Source: Octopus bimaculoides (taxonomy: Eukaryota). Taken from it: DNA of 44,152 nt. Under the pieces are notes generated by a model, which was not told the DNA's origin, did not search any database, and worked only from the letters and a program-made list of their open reading frames with translations. The translations under genes were made by a program, and so were the position numbers. The DNA is taken from assembly GCF_001194135.2 (NCBI RefSeq), contig NC_068983.1:77550367-77594518 (forward strand). The letters run 5' to 3'. Positions 23,727 through 35,397 of the stretch are shown here, piece after piece; the stretch's first letter is position 1, and each line of letters begins with the position of its first letter.

Positions 23727-24789
23727 TGTTAATCTCAGTAATTTCCTATACTACCCACTGATTTTTTAAAGAATACATCAAATTTTTCCAATAATTGACA
23801 AAGATTATACCACCACAGGCTATAGGAAGGAAAGTGTTGGTCAGATGACGTAGAAAGTGATGTGGTTAAATCGAACAGAAACAATCAAGCGCAAATTTAC
23901 GTTAGGTATATTCAAAACCTCTTAAACATGTTTTCGTTTTTTTTATCTGGTTTGCAAGATTCATCATTCCAATATAATTAACGCATACACTGGTTCAATT
24001 CCACTAATTCATTACATGTTCGATTTAAAAAAAAAAAATTGTCGGAGCGCTTTCATTGTTTCTTTTTGCAATTTTCTCAGTGTCTGTCGAGTCTGTCCGT
24101 TATAGCGGGTGCGTTTTTTGTCTGTTTGAGCACACACACACACTGGCACGCAAAAGGCTGCCCCCCCCCCAAAAAAAAATGCAACGAAAGAACTTTGACA
24201 AAATATATTAAAATCATATTACCATATAACAATAAGGATAAAGATAATAAATATAATGATAATGATACAATGATGAAGGAGTTAAATTAACATACGAACT
24301 GTTTTTGAATCACCTTGATACTTTTAAAGTTTCACCTTTAACCGACATCTACACGATTTAGTACTTTTTATTCGGAATATTACTCAAAGCTATATTCAAT
24401 TACGATATATCTGAAGTAAATACAGTACGCATAATAACATGACCATTAATTTTTCAGGAAAACGGTTTGCTCGAAGCCACAAACGAAAAATCCTTTTTAT
24501 TTTATTTGTTTCAGCTTTGCATAATTTTCCATAGAAGAGATTTATCTAATTTTTCCTCTAGAAAAGCTATTTCTTTTCATTAGATGAAATGTAAGAAACG
24601 TTCTTGTGTCTTTCTTGAATATTATCATTTTTAGGTTGTGGTGATAGTGAACCCGTTAACAAATTTTGATTAATATCACACTGCAGATATTTAGTGGTAC
24701 TGATAATTGCAAATAATCACAAAAGTAAGTGGAAATCCTCTAAAACATTCTAACGTGAAAATGTATTTGAGTTGACATATTTACACATC

Positions 24790-25150
24790 TTTTTCTTTCT
24801 TTCCTTTCAACTTGTTTCAGTTGTAAGACTGCGGCCATGCTGGAGCACGACATGGAAAAATTTATAGTAGAATGAATCGACCTCAGCATTTATGTTTTTC
24901 GAGCCTGGTACTTATTCTACCAGTCATTGTTGCTGAACTGCTAAGTTACAGGGACGTATACACACCAACATCGGTTGTCAAGTGGTCGTGGGGGACAAAG
25001 ATACACACACACGCGAACGCGCGATTATACATGACGGGATTCCTTCAAGGCTATCTTCGGTCCGAGGCTGTAGAAAACACTTGCCCAAAGTGCCGCAAGA
25101 TGGGACTGAACCCGGAACAATGTGGTTGGGGATTAACCTTCTTACCACAG
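24790..25150 (-). mobile_element. SINE family B with a short internal deletion
   Basis: Same head and tail; lacks the gtttccgtct...actcac segment present in the 23321 copy. Confidence 0.88.
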
Positions 25151-28100
25151 ATTCACATCGTGTTGTTATTTATATTTGAGCTGACGCAGATCGAGAACAA
25201 TAATCAGAGATACTGAATAGGTGACCGTCTCTTCGCATCGGGTGAAGAAATGGGTATACTATTTATTTAATGTGTCCATTTCACATTTTAAACAGAAGTT
25301 TCATTTGAGAGAATTTTGGTGGCTTTATCTGATAAGTCGAAGGACTAAGTAGATTTTTTCTCAATGGGCATGTTACTTTTCGAATTTTAGACTCAAGTCA
25401 TCCTTAATGAGAATTTAAAACTAAGATGAAAGCATTTCAAATTTGAATATTTAACATGTTGTTCTTCACGCCGGATGGCTTACCTGCTGTAGCCCCTTTT
25501 TAAAAAGACACTCTGGTTGATATCAAGAAAATGCGGTTCCTAATTCTAGCAGCTTGTGTGATCACGTGGAGCTTGTTAAAAGTTTATAATTGAGGAATTT
25601 GTTCTCATTGGAATATATTTTGTTATCAGTTGTGTTAATTAAATTAAATTTTTGTCATTGCTTCAAAACAAAATTTAAGACCATTTAACGCTTTATCTGA
25701 AATAATTCAAGTTCGTTATAATATTAATCTTGTCATTTCCCATTTCCAATTAGAATTTTAAATTACATTTATGTGTAGGAGGGACTGGTTAAATGATATG
25801 TATGGCTATGATTTCAAATGTGTATTATCTACCTACAGTATCTGAGGGCGGGATTAATCTGTTAAGAAGTAAACTGAAGATAGGTATGATAATGCTAACT
25901 CATTGTTTCTATTCTTTGTCTTCTCTGTTTAATTGGTCCAGGATCAATTTTGCTCATCATTCTTTTAGGGTCACTAAAATAAAATAACAATCAATGGCAC
26001 TACATTTACGGAAATGTGAGAAAGTTGAATGTAATGCTTTACAGTGTTTGTCACTGTTTTAAATGTAGCCGTAACACGTCGTTCAGATTTGTCAATGGAT
26101 GTCTGTGAATACCTTTAACGTAGTTTATTCTAGTGCAAACGTTCGTACACAATCCGTGTTCAGGTTCACAATATTTAAAGGCTATGACATTGAAAGAGTC
26201 ATGAAGCCACACTTCGCTGATTGGGGGAAAAGGTATTTTCAGACATTGAAAGAACAGTATTTGGATTCGTTCTTTTATGCACTTAATTCAAATCCCTTTG
26301 CGGTAAACTAGCCTGAAATCCTTCTGAGACCAATAAAATAAATGTTATTAATTACCAAGGAGAATTCCGTCAAACCTATCGAAACAAAATGTATTTAGGT
26401 AATGTATTTATGCTCAAGGTCATTATTACTATCATTAAATATCGCGCAGGTAATCGGAAATAGATGGTAAAAATGTCTGAAGACACTTTTGTTACGTTCT
26501 AAGTTCAATCCTATGTAGATCGAATTTGTCTGTCGTTCCACAAGTATAATAAAATGCAGATATATTCAGTGCTAAACATATCTGATTCATACTGATTCAT
26601 TGCACAATTACCGACATAACGTGAGCATGTACGAATTTAAATCTTTATTATGCTAATTAGAATTGATAGTGTTCTTAATCCTTCTGTTATATGTTCTCTA
26701 TAGGAGATCTCAGACAAATTGGCTGAACATTAACAATTTCTATCTCATAAGTGTGATGTGGGATGAAAGGAAATTTATTGCATTAATTTTTAGATGATAA
26801 CAGTTAACAATACTTTGAGTGTCAGATTCATAGCGCAGGTTTTCATTGGCCAAGGCAGATATTTAAATCAGTTTCCATTTTAGGAAAGACAAGTTATATT
26901 TAATTTATAATTGGATTGGTAAAAGTTTATTATTTCAGCAAGGGTTCAACGTTGAAAATATCTACTATCCATCTATTATTGTAAAATACACATAAAGACT
27001 AAAAATAAGTCAATTGACATGGTTGCTTCTAGTTATCTTTATATGGTAAATGATCAATAGCATAGATGAAAATGAAAATTACTAACACTTTGTTTTCTAC
27101 GTTACTCCAATGTGTACCGAATAGTAGTTAAATAATAAATATAAAGTAGTCTGAGCACTCTTAAGTAGCAGTTTTAAAATCAATGTACATATCAATGTAT
27201 AGATAAAACTTAAGAGCTTGTTTATATTTTTTTCTTTAAAATGCAGCTACATTTATGGAAGCGCAAACATGAAAACACAATGAAAAAGGATGCATTCAAT
27301 ACGAAATTATAAAAATAATTAAACAGAAAATAACTGGAAGAAGCAAATTAGTGCCTCATACACCCCGACGTCTAATATGATTTTGCGATATACGTTTAGA
27401 CATCCTCATAATATGTATGTATTCGCCAACTCGAATGAACAATCAAAAGATTGATACGCGTAGCATGTATAGCTAGTGAAATATCAGGGAATAGATTATA
27501 GTATGAACGATTTATTTACAGACCGCTTCACATATAATGAATTAAAACTAACGTGTACGAAATCTGTTGTCTATTTTAAAGTTATATTTAAATTACATAT
27601 ACAAAGTAACTAAACATAATTCATCTGCATTTGTAATATTTCAGATCAAACGTGCATGGCAGGGATTAAATTTGTGAATGCATATAGCGATTACGTTTCC
27701 GACCTTGAAGTAAGTTGTTCTGCAGTATTTGGGTTTCTTTCTCCTTACATTTGTAAATTTCACATACTTAAACCCTTACATTTCCTTTTTTATGGTTGAT
27801 AATCTGGGAATACCTATTCAATAGCCTTGGATTTCAACAGAGGAAAAGTGTATCTTTCATGAACTCCTTACAACAAAGTTGCTATTAATACCTTAAAAGC
27901 CACGTACTTTAAATATTGAATTTGCGTTTTGTACTTTCTGCTTTACATTTTGTGTAATGAGAGGGCAGGACATATAATTTATATAGCAACTGATATGATT
28001 TTCTTAATACAATTGAACTGTTCTTTCGTTTCACTTGGGCTTACATGAGAATTTAATGAGTACAATGCCAAAATTCATTAAAGCAAGGCTAAATAAGTTT

Positions 28101-30649
28101 TGGTATTCATTATTAATTTACTTTCTACAAGTTACTATGTAGAGAATAGAAACATGCTTTTGTTATGGAGAAGAAAAAAAATTTATTTGAAAATGTGATA
28201 CCAACTAGTTTTAATATTGAATGATTTGGTATTGTATTGATGCAACAAAATAATTCACCTGTTGCTTTTGTTTTCTTCACATAAAATATAATTCCTTTCC
28301 ATCCTATATCACAGTTTCTACTCAAGCTACTCCCTATATATATGTATATGCCATTTACTGATGGATTAATCTAATCGATACTGATACTAGAGCTGAAATT
28401 ACCTAATAATATTCCCATAGCTTACAGCCTATTACTTGCGTTCAATAAAAAGTACCAAATACATTCATAAATTGATCAAATACAGAAATGGAAGAAGAGA
28501 TGTATAAAAAATACTGGTTTCTATTGCAAGATTGAAAGGTAAAATATATCTTTACACTTATTGAATTGATACATTAATAGTAACAGTAACTTGGAATTGT
28601 TTTACTCTGGGATTTGTATCACAAAAGCCATTAGTTTCTACGTTACGTATCAGACCATAAAAGATATTACTACTGTATTATTTCTAAAAGGTGTGAAATT
28701 AATCCTGTATTTTAGAATAGGGTGAATAATCCGTTAGAAAAGGAAAACATTCTGATTCTTGCAAACAATAACTAAAAGGATATTGTAATAATATCAGACC
28801 AGAGACAAAGTTCAATTAAGCAAATACCTAACAGCAAGACAAAAATATCAAATATAAACCAATTAACTGGGTTATTCAGTAGAAGAGTAGTCCGAGAGAA
28901 GGATAATCTATATACAGGAAAAAGTGAAATGGCAAACATATTCTCATGCTTCTTTCTGATGTTAACAAAAAGCAACATTAAATATTTCTTTGATGCAGTT
29001 ACCATGTTAACCTAAGAGTCTAAGAATAGAGGTTAAAGGAAATCAATAAAGTTTATATAATCAGTAAGTCAGATAAATATTTATTTTCTCTTTTAGTTGC
29101 TAAACTTCAAGACATTCAACATTTCCCAGTGCTATGAATATCACAATCCTCACGTGGAGAGGATTTTAGCTCTTCACAAAACTATTTGACAGGAATATGT
29201 AGATAGATTCAAACAAAACTGATATTTAGATGTTTGACTTATTACAAATGTTACAGAATTTGAATTCTTTGGACTAGGAACAAATTGCATATATTTCTAA
29301 TTACATTGGATCACAATTGTCATCTTCCCTTATCTGCATGTGGCAAGCGCTACGAAACGGCAGGAACATGTGTATTGATGGAAATATAAGTTTGGCTTTG
29401 TAGCATCTTAGTGTAAAGATTTATATATATATATATATATATATATNNNNNNNNNNNNNNNNNNNNNNNNNNNNNNNNNNNNNNNNNNNNNNNNNNNNNN
29501 NNNNNNNNNNNNNNNNNNNNNNNNNNNNNNNNNNNNNNNNNNNNNNNNNNNNNNNNNNNNNNNNNNNNNNNNNNNNNNNNNNNNNNNNNNNNNNNNNNNN
29601 NNNNNNNNNNNNNNNNNNNNNNNNNNNNNNNNNNNNNNNNNNNNNNNNNNNNNNNNNNNNNNNNNNNNNNNNNNNNNNNNNNNNNNNNNNNNNNNNNNNN
29701 NNNNNNNNNNNNNNNNNNNNNNNNNNNNNNNNNNNNNNNNNNNNNNNNNNNNNNNNNNNNNNNNNNNNNNNNNNNNNNNNNNNNNNNNNNNNNNNNNNNN
29801 NNNNNNNNNNNNNNNNNNNNNNNNNNNNNNNNNNNNNNNNNNNNNNNNNNNNNNNNNNNNNNNNNNNNNNNNNNNNNNNNNNNNNNNNNNNNNNNNNNNN
29901 NNNNNNNNNNNNNNNNNNNNNNNNNNNNNNNNNNNNNNNNNNNNNNNNNNNNNNNNNNNNNNNNNNNNNNNNNNNNNNNNNNNNNNNNNNNNNNNNNNNN
30001 NNNNNNNNNNNNNNNNNNNNNNNNNNNNNNNNNNNNNNNNNNNNNNNNNNNNNNNNNNNNNNNNNNNNNNNNNNNNNNNNNNNNNNNNNNNNNNNNNNNN
30101 NNNNNNNNNNNNNNNNNNNNNNNNNNNNNNNNNNNNNNNNNNNNNNNNNNNNNNNNNNNNNTATATATATATATATATGCATATGTAAGTATATGTGTAT
30201 ATATGCATATATTTACATATATATGTATACGTTATGTATGTGTGTATTATATGGCACAGTAAATAATTTGTAGTAGCTTTCATAATTCGTTGTAAAAAAG
30301 ATAATTTAGACGCAGCTCAGAAGTACATTTAATGAATTTTACCTATATGAATTGAATAATACTTCCAAGATATATGTAAGCATATACCTTTATTTTCATA
30401 ATCTCGCACAAGTATATAAATATATACTGGAATGTATTATATAGTTTGGTATGTAACAGGTATCCAGGTTTAAAAATGTACGGCACATGACTATATAGAT
30501 ATTCACACACGCATACACACGCGCCCACACTTATACATTCATAAACTGGTACACATGGACACACACATTTTGTTTCACTATACCCATAGAGAATTAGATC
30601 ACGTGCTATCGTCGAAGTTTATAAATATTCATGATGCCAATATTCATAC

Positions 30650-30730
30650 GTACATACATCCATCCATCCATCCATATATACATACATACATACATACATA
30701 CATTCATACATACATACATACATACATATA
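30650..30730. repeat. (TACA)n/(TCCA)n microsatellite
   Basis: Directly visible, immediately left of the mariner element. Confidence 0.9.
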
Positions 30731-30748
30731 AATACATTATTACATATA

Positions 30749-31988
30749 TCAGGTCATCCCATAAGTTGTGTCCGATTTTGCCTGTTTTAAAATTGAATAA
30801 AATTTAATAGTATTTTAGAATGTCTAATGGAATTATTTTTATGCGTTTGTGTACACTTAAACTAATTAAATATTATTTTACAAAATAGTAGAATGAAAAT
30901 TACTTTCATTAAAACACTTTCTAACATGGAAGTATCGAAAGAGCATTTAAGGCACATAATGCTTTATGAATACAAAAAAGAAACTCTGCACTCGAAGCGA
31001 CTCGAAACATACACTCAGTTTATGGGAAAGAATGCTTGAATGAAAGGTCTTGCAAAAGATGGTTTGCAAAATTCAGTAGTGAAGATGAAGATGGAACATG
31101 ACGTCCAGTTGAGATTGATGCTAAACTCCTTGAGGATTACTTGAAGAAAATTCTGCATTATGAGTTGAAGAATTGTAAATAAAGCTTTGTTCAAAGAATA
31201 CAACTGCTCATCATCATCTTCATCAACTTGAAAAGCTTCCTAAACTTGGAAAATGGGTGCCTCATGAATCGGCCGAAAGCAACCGCAAATCCCGAGTTGA
31301 CATCTGCTCTTCTCTCTATTCTCGCAAACTTATTTGACCGTTTTGGATAGACTTGTGACTGGTGACGAAGAATAGATCTTCTATCGAAATGTTAAATGTT
31401 GTAAACAGTGGCTTGGTAAAAGGGAAAAAAACTCAAACACAACCAAGAAGGGAACTTCATGGGAAAAGGTTCTTCTCTCTAGCTTGTGGGATTGCAAAGG
31501 GGTTATTCACGTTGGATTATTAACACCTAATGCAACAATCAATGCTCAAGTCTACTTCAGCAATTAGAGCGTTTGGACCAAGCTTTAAAGAAACAAAAGA
31601 CCCACTTTAGTGAATCGAAAATGAGCGATGTTTCATCAGGACAGTGTGTGACCCCCACACTGCGAAAATCACATCACAGAGGATCGAAGAGCTTGGTTGG
31701 AAAAAATGCCTCATCCACCTTATTCTCTCGACCTTGCTCCTTCAGTTTCATAGTTTGGGGGACATAACTTTCGCAAGCTGGGAGGAGGTCAAAACTGACA
31801 TTTCAGAGTTCTTCGCTTTGAAACCAAAATGGTTTTACATTGATGGGATTAAAAAGCTTGTAAGTGGATGGATGGAAGTCATAGATAATCAGGGAAAGTA
31901 TATTGATGATTAAATTTCAATTAAATATAACATTTGATCACTTGTTTTCTTTATTCAAAATTCGGACAGACCTTATGGGATGGCTTGA
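30749..31988 (+). mobile_element. Full-length decayed mariner element with TIRs and TA flanks
   Basis: Left TA|TCAGGTCATCCCATAAGTTGTGTCCGA; right TCGGACAGACCTTATGGGATGGCTTGA|TA (imperfect inverted pair). Transposase from ATG 30926 (MEVSKEHLRHIMLYEYKK), with KRWFAKF, WVPHE, VTGDEE, HPPYSLDLAP-like, ending GKYIDD* at 31913. Frameshifted. Confidence 0.95.
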
Positions 31989-32041
31989 TANNNNNNNNNN
32001 NNNNNNNNNNNNNNNNNNNNNNNNNNNNNNNNNNNNNNNNN

Positions 32042-32078
<37 letters not shown>

Positions 32079-32264
32079 TTGTGTGTGTATGTATGTATGT
32101 ATAAATTTATTTGTATATACTCATATGCAGAGATAGACAAACAGAGAGGTTCCTGGATAGATAGAGAGATAGAGAGATACATGAACGCAAATTCATATAA
32201 GCTTACATACGTACACACACACACACACATATATATAAACATGTGTGTGGGTGTGTGAGTGTGC

Positions 32265-32309
<45 letters not shown>

Positions 32310-33140
32310 TACACATAAATGTTTAGAGATAGACACGAATGAGTGAATATATGTGTTCGTTGGTGGAGTGTAATTATGATATACTTTCGTGCGTGTTTAT
32401 ACGCAGATGTTTAATGCATACATGTATATTAATTTATTATCTTAAGGGAATAACAACACCGGCAGTTTGGTATTATTAGCAACGTAAATAAAAACAAAAT
32501 CCAGATACTCGTTGATACACGCCTAAAGAAAAGAAAATGTCACAATTTAGAGAAGCCGTTACAGTTATCTATAAAGGTACACCAACGTACACACGAGCAC
32601 ACACATAATATACATACATGCATGCATATATATGTGTGTATGTACGTGTGTGTATGAGTGCGTGCATGTGTGTGTGTGTGTGTTCATTTGTGTATGTGTG
32701 TATGTGTATGTATAAGAAGGGAGGAAAAATAGAAAGAATGAGTGAAATAGACAGAAATATATATAGAAACACTCTAACCAAACACACAGTAATATATGCA
32801 TGTGAAAATGTGAATGTGTGTATGTGTCTGTCTTTCTGCATCTGCATTTCATATATGAATAAATAGAACACACTTTTTATGACATCAAATCGACGTAAAA
32901 TGCATGTATGTAAATTGTATTCATTTCTTGCAGTGTATGTGGATAACCAGCTATTAAAGAACAAAATGATGTTTAGAAGATTATGTTTTCCCCATAAATG
33001 AATATTTCAGTAAATGTCACGTAGAATTAAATTTTATATGTTTCATCCGTGAATTCGTAGACAGATATTTGAATGATAGCGACTCGTGTTCCTACAATCT
33101 GTCCTGTTATGATTGTCCGTCGATTCAACGGCAACCTTAC

Positions 33141-33214
33141 CCGATTCGCTCGTCAATTGCACCAATCTCCTGATGAGTACGTAGACGCGATATAAGCCGA
33201 TACGTAAGACACAG
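33141..33214 (-). other. Candidate 74-bp exon in a locally CpG-rich patch
   Basis: Acceptor cctatttacttctcAAG, donor CGG|GTAAGG; two frames open (LCLTYRLISRLRTHQEIGAIDERI or CVLRIGLYRVYVLIRRLVQLTSES). Confidence 0.25.
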
Positions 33215-33380
33215 CTTGAGAAGTAAATAGGATATGTATGTAGAACTGTGTTGATAATAGTTTGCGATTGAATTAGCAATGGTGACGGGCTGCTCTTAAT
33301 TCATCTTTTTGTTTGGTTAATCCGACTTCCAGGTGTTTTCTATGCAATTGTACGTAACGCTTCACAAAAATTTCCTGACC

Positions 33381-35397
33381 ATAGCTACAAGAAGATGCAG
33401 AAATTCACCAGAAATATTCTGTTATTTTGAAAGTTGCTAATTGCTGGATTGCTTATAAACTGTATTTTGGAATGCTTTTGGAGGATCAAGGGAAACCACG
33501 GTCCCCTCATGTGACACGTGGAACTTATAGATCAGATTTAGATGGATGGCTTAAAAAAAACAAGGAAAGCAATGCCTTTGCTGTTTCGAGAACTTGGCGA
33601 GAGTCAAAAATCATCACGATAATTGCTATTTTTGCATGGTAGATATATCAAAGTACAGAAGAGTTATGGGACGAAACGCTCTTCCATATCGCAGCATTCA
33701 GTCTTCAATTGCACCTGTGTCCCATGATGATAACTTACCGGTCTCACGGCCACCAGAAAATGTTTGTACATCCTATCAAAGTATTAATAACAAATTTAAA
33801 TTTAATCCATGGTAACAGTATCAATATTGAAATAATATGTGATTACAGATAACATTCTTATTAAGGTTTCAACTATTAAATTAAACCTTTTAAATATTTC
33901 AGGAAGGGGATATGATGGAGATCTCAGCAGAAGAGTCTGAAGGTGGCGACGACGAAGAATTGAATGAAATATTTGAGCCAGGAACGAGTACCTGCCCACA
34001 CTTTCCAAATCAACGTGAACGTTCCATTAGGGACTTGGGTCTCACTAAGTCAGGAGTTGAATTTTTAGTATCCAGGCTTAATGAATTGAATCGCTTGGGG
34101 AAGGACTGTAGATTAACAATATACAGGAGGTGCCATGAGGAATTCGAAGTATATTTTGGCGCAAGTAATTATCTCTGCGTCTGCAAAGCTATAAATGGCT
34201 TGTTTACAGCTATTAGAATTGATCATAACCCTGAAGTGGCGACTCTTCATAGATAGCTAAAAAAAAAAAAGGCTCAATGCTGCTTTATTGCATAATGGAA
34301 ATCAGCATCCAACCCTGCCTATAGCATACTCGGTAGAGATGAAGGAATAATATGACAATATAAAAGAGCTTCCTGAGAAAGTGAGCTATGATAAGTTGAA
34401 ATGAGATGCTTGTGGTGACTTTAAAATGCTTTCCATCTTACTTGGATTACAGGGTGAGTACACTAAGTATTCGTGCATTCTTTGCGAATGGGACAATCAG
34501 GCTGATCATGAACATTACGGGAAGGTTCAGTGACCCCCACGAGATGGACACTATCTGGGAAAGTTAAATGTTATTAGACAACATCTTGTAGTGTCTGCAA
34601 ATGTATTGTTACCTCCACTTCACATAACCCTGGGTTTGGTCAAACGGTCTGTAAAGGCTTTAAATCGTGGTGGAAAAGCATTTCAGGAAATTGGTCTACT
34701 GTTTCCAAAACTATCTGAGGCAAATTTGAAGGGGGGTATATTTACTGTAAGGAACTTGATGAGGTCAGTAAAACTTGAAAATGTGCGAGTGATCTAGGAA
34801 GAAATTTAGAGTATGCATTTCGAGATATTGTCAATGGATTCCTTGGTAATAACAAAGTCCCAAACTACAAGCAACTCGTAGCAAAACCAGTTGAAAGTTA
34901 TAAGAATTTGGGCTGTAGAATGTCATTAAATGCATACATTTTGCATTCGCCTTCAGACTGTTTTCGTGAAAACTTAGGTCACGTGAGTGAGGATATTGCT
35001 ATAATGGAGAAAAGATACCAAGGAAGATGGGACACTGCAATTATGAGATCTAATTATGGTCAATGGTGCGTACAGATATAGGAGCTTACAGTAGGAGAGG
35101 AAGATATCTGGTGCATTTCTTGTAAAATCTAATAATCTCATCATAGTTCTCCTTACATTTCTCATTAGTTTAAAACGAAATATTAGGACAAAATATGTTT
35201 AGATGCTATTAATGCACAATGTGAATATTTTATATAAAATACTATCGCAGCTAAATTTTGTTCCCATTCTCTAGAAAACCGCGATTATATTCTAAAATGT
35301 CATGCAATTTTCAAGGGTAGTTTTGAAACCAATAGAAAACAATTACTTTAGAAACACTAGAAACATTTTAGAGAAGCAAAACTTATGTAACTTAGTG
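33381..35397 (+). mobile_element. Decayed Chapaev3-like (CMC group) DNA transposon
   Basis: ATRRCRNSPEIFCY, AYKLYFG...DQGKP..PH, NHHDNCYFC, IRDLGLTKS, ACGDFKM..LLGLQG.YTKY.C.LCEWD, VLLPPLHITLGLVK...FPKLSEA.LKGGIF. A plausible 3' end ...cttaGTG followed by TAA at 35395-35400. Family assignment is from remembered motifs; 5' terminus not found. Confidence 0.8.

Noticed and set aside
28772-29005. Minus ORF with WFIFDIFVLLLGICLIEL, resembling an ion-channel S3 segment
   Set aside because: No adjacent S2 or S4 motifs and no clear splice boundaries; T-rich DNA gives hydrophobic peptides by chance.
29408-30283. Long ORFs of 130-290 aa here and at 21955-22608 and 43237-43564
   Set aside because: Their length comes from N runs translated as X.
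33170-33192. CTGATGA-GT-acgtag-AC
   Set aside because: Followed by GCGA rather than GAAA, with no stems I or III.
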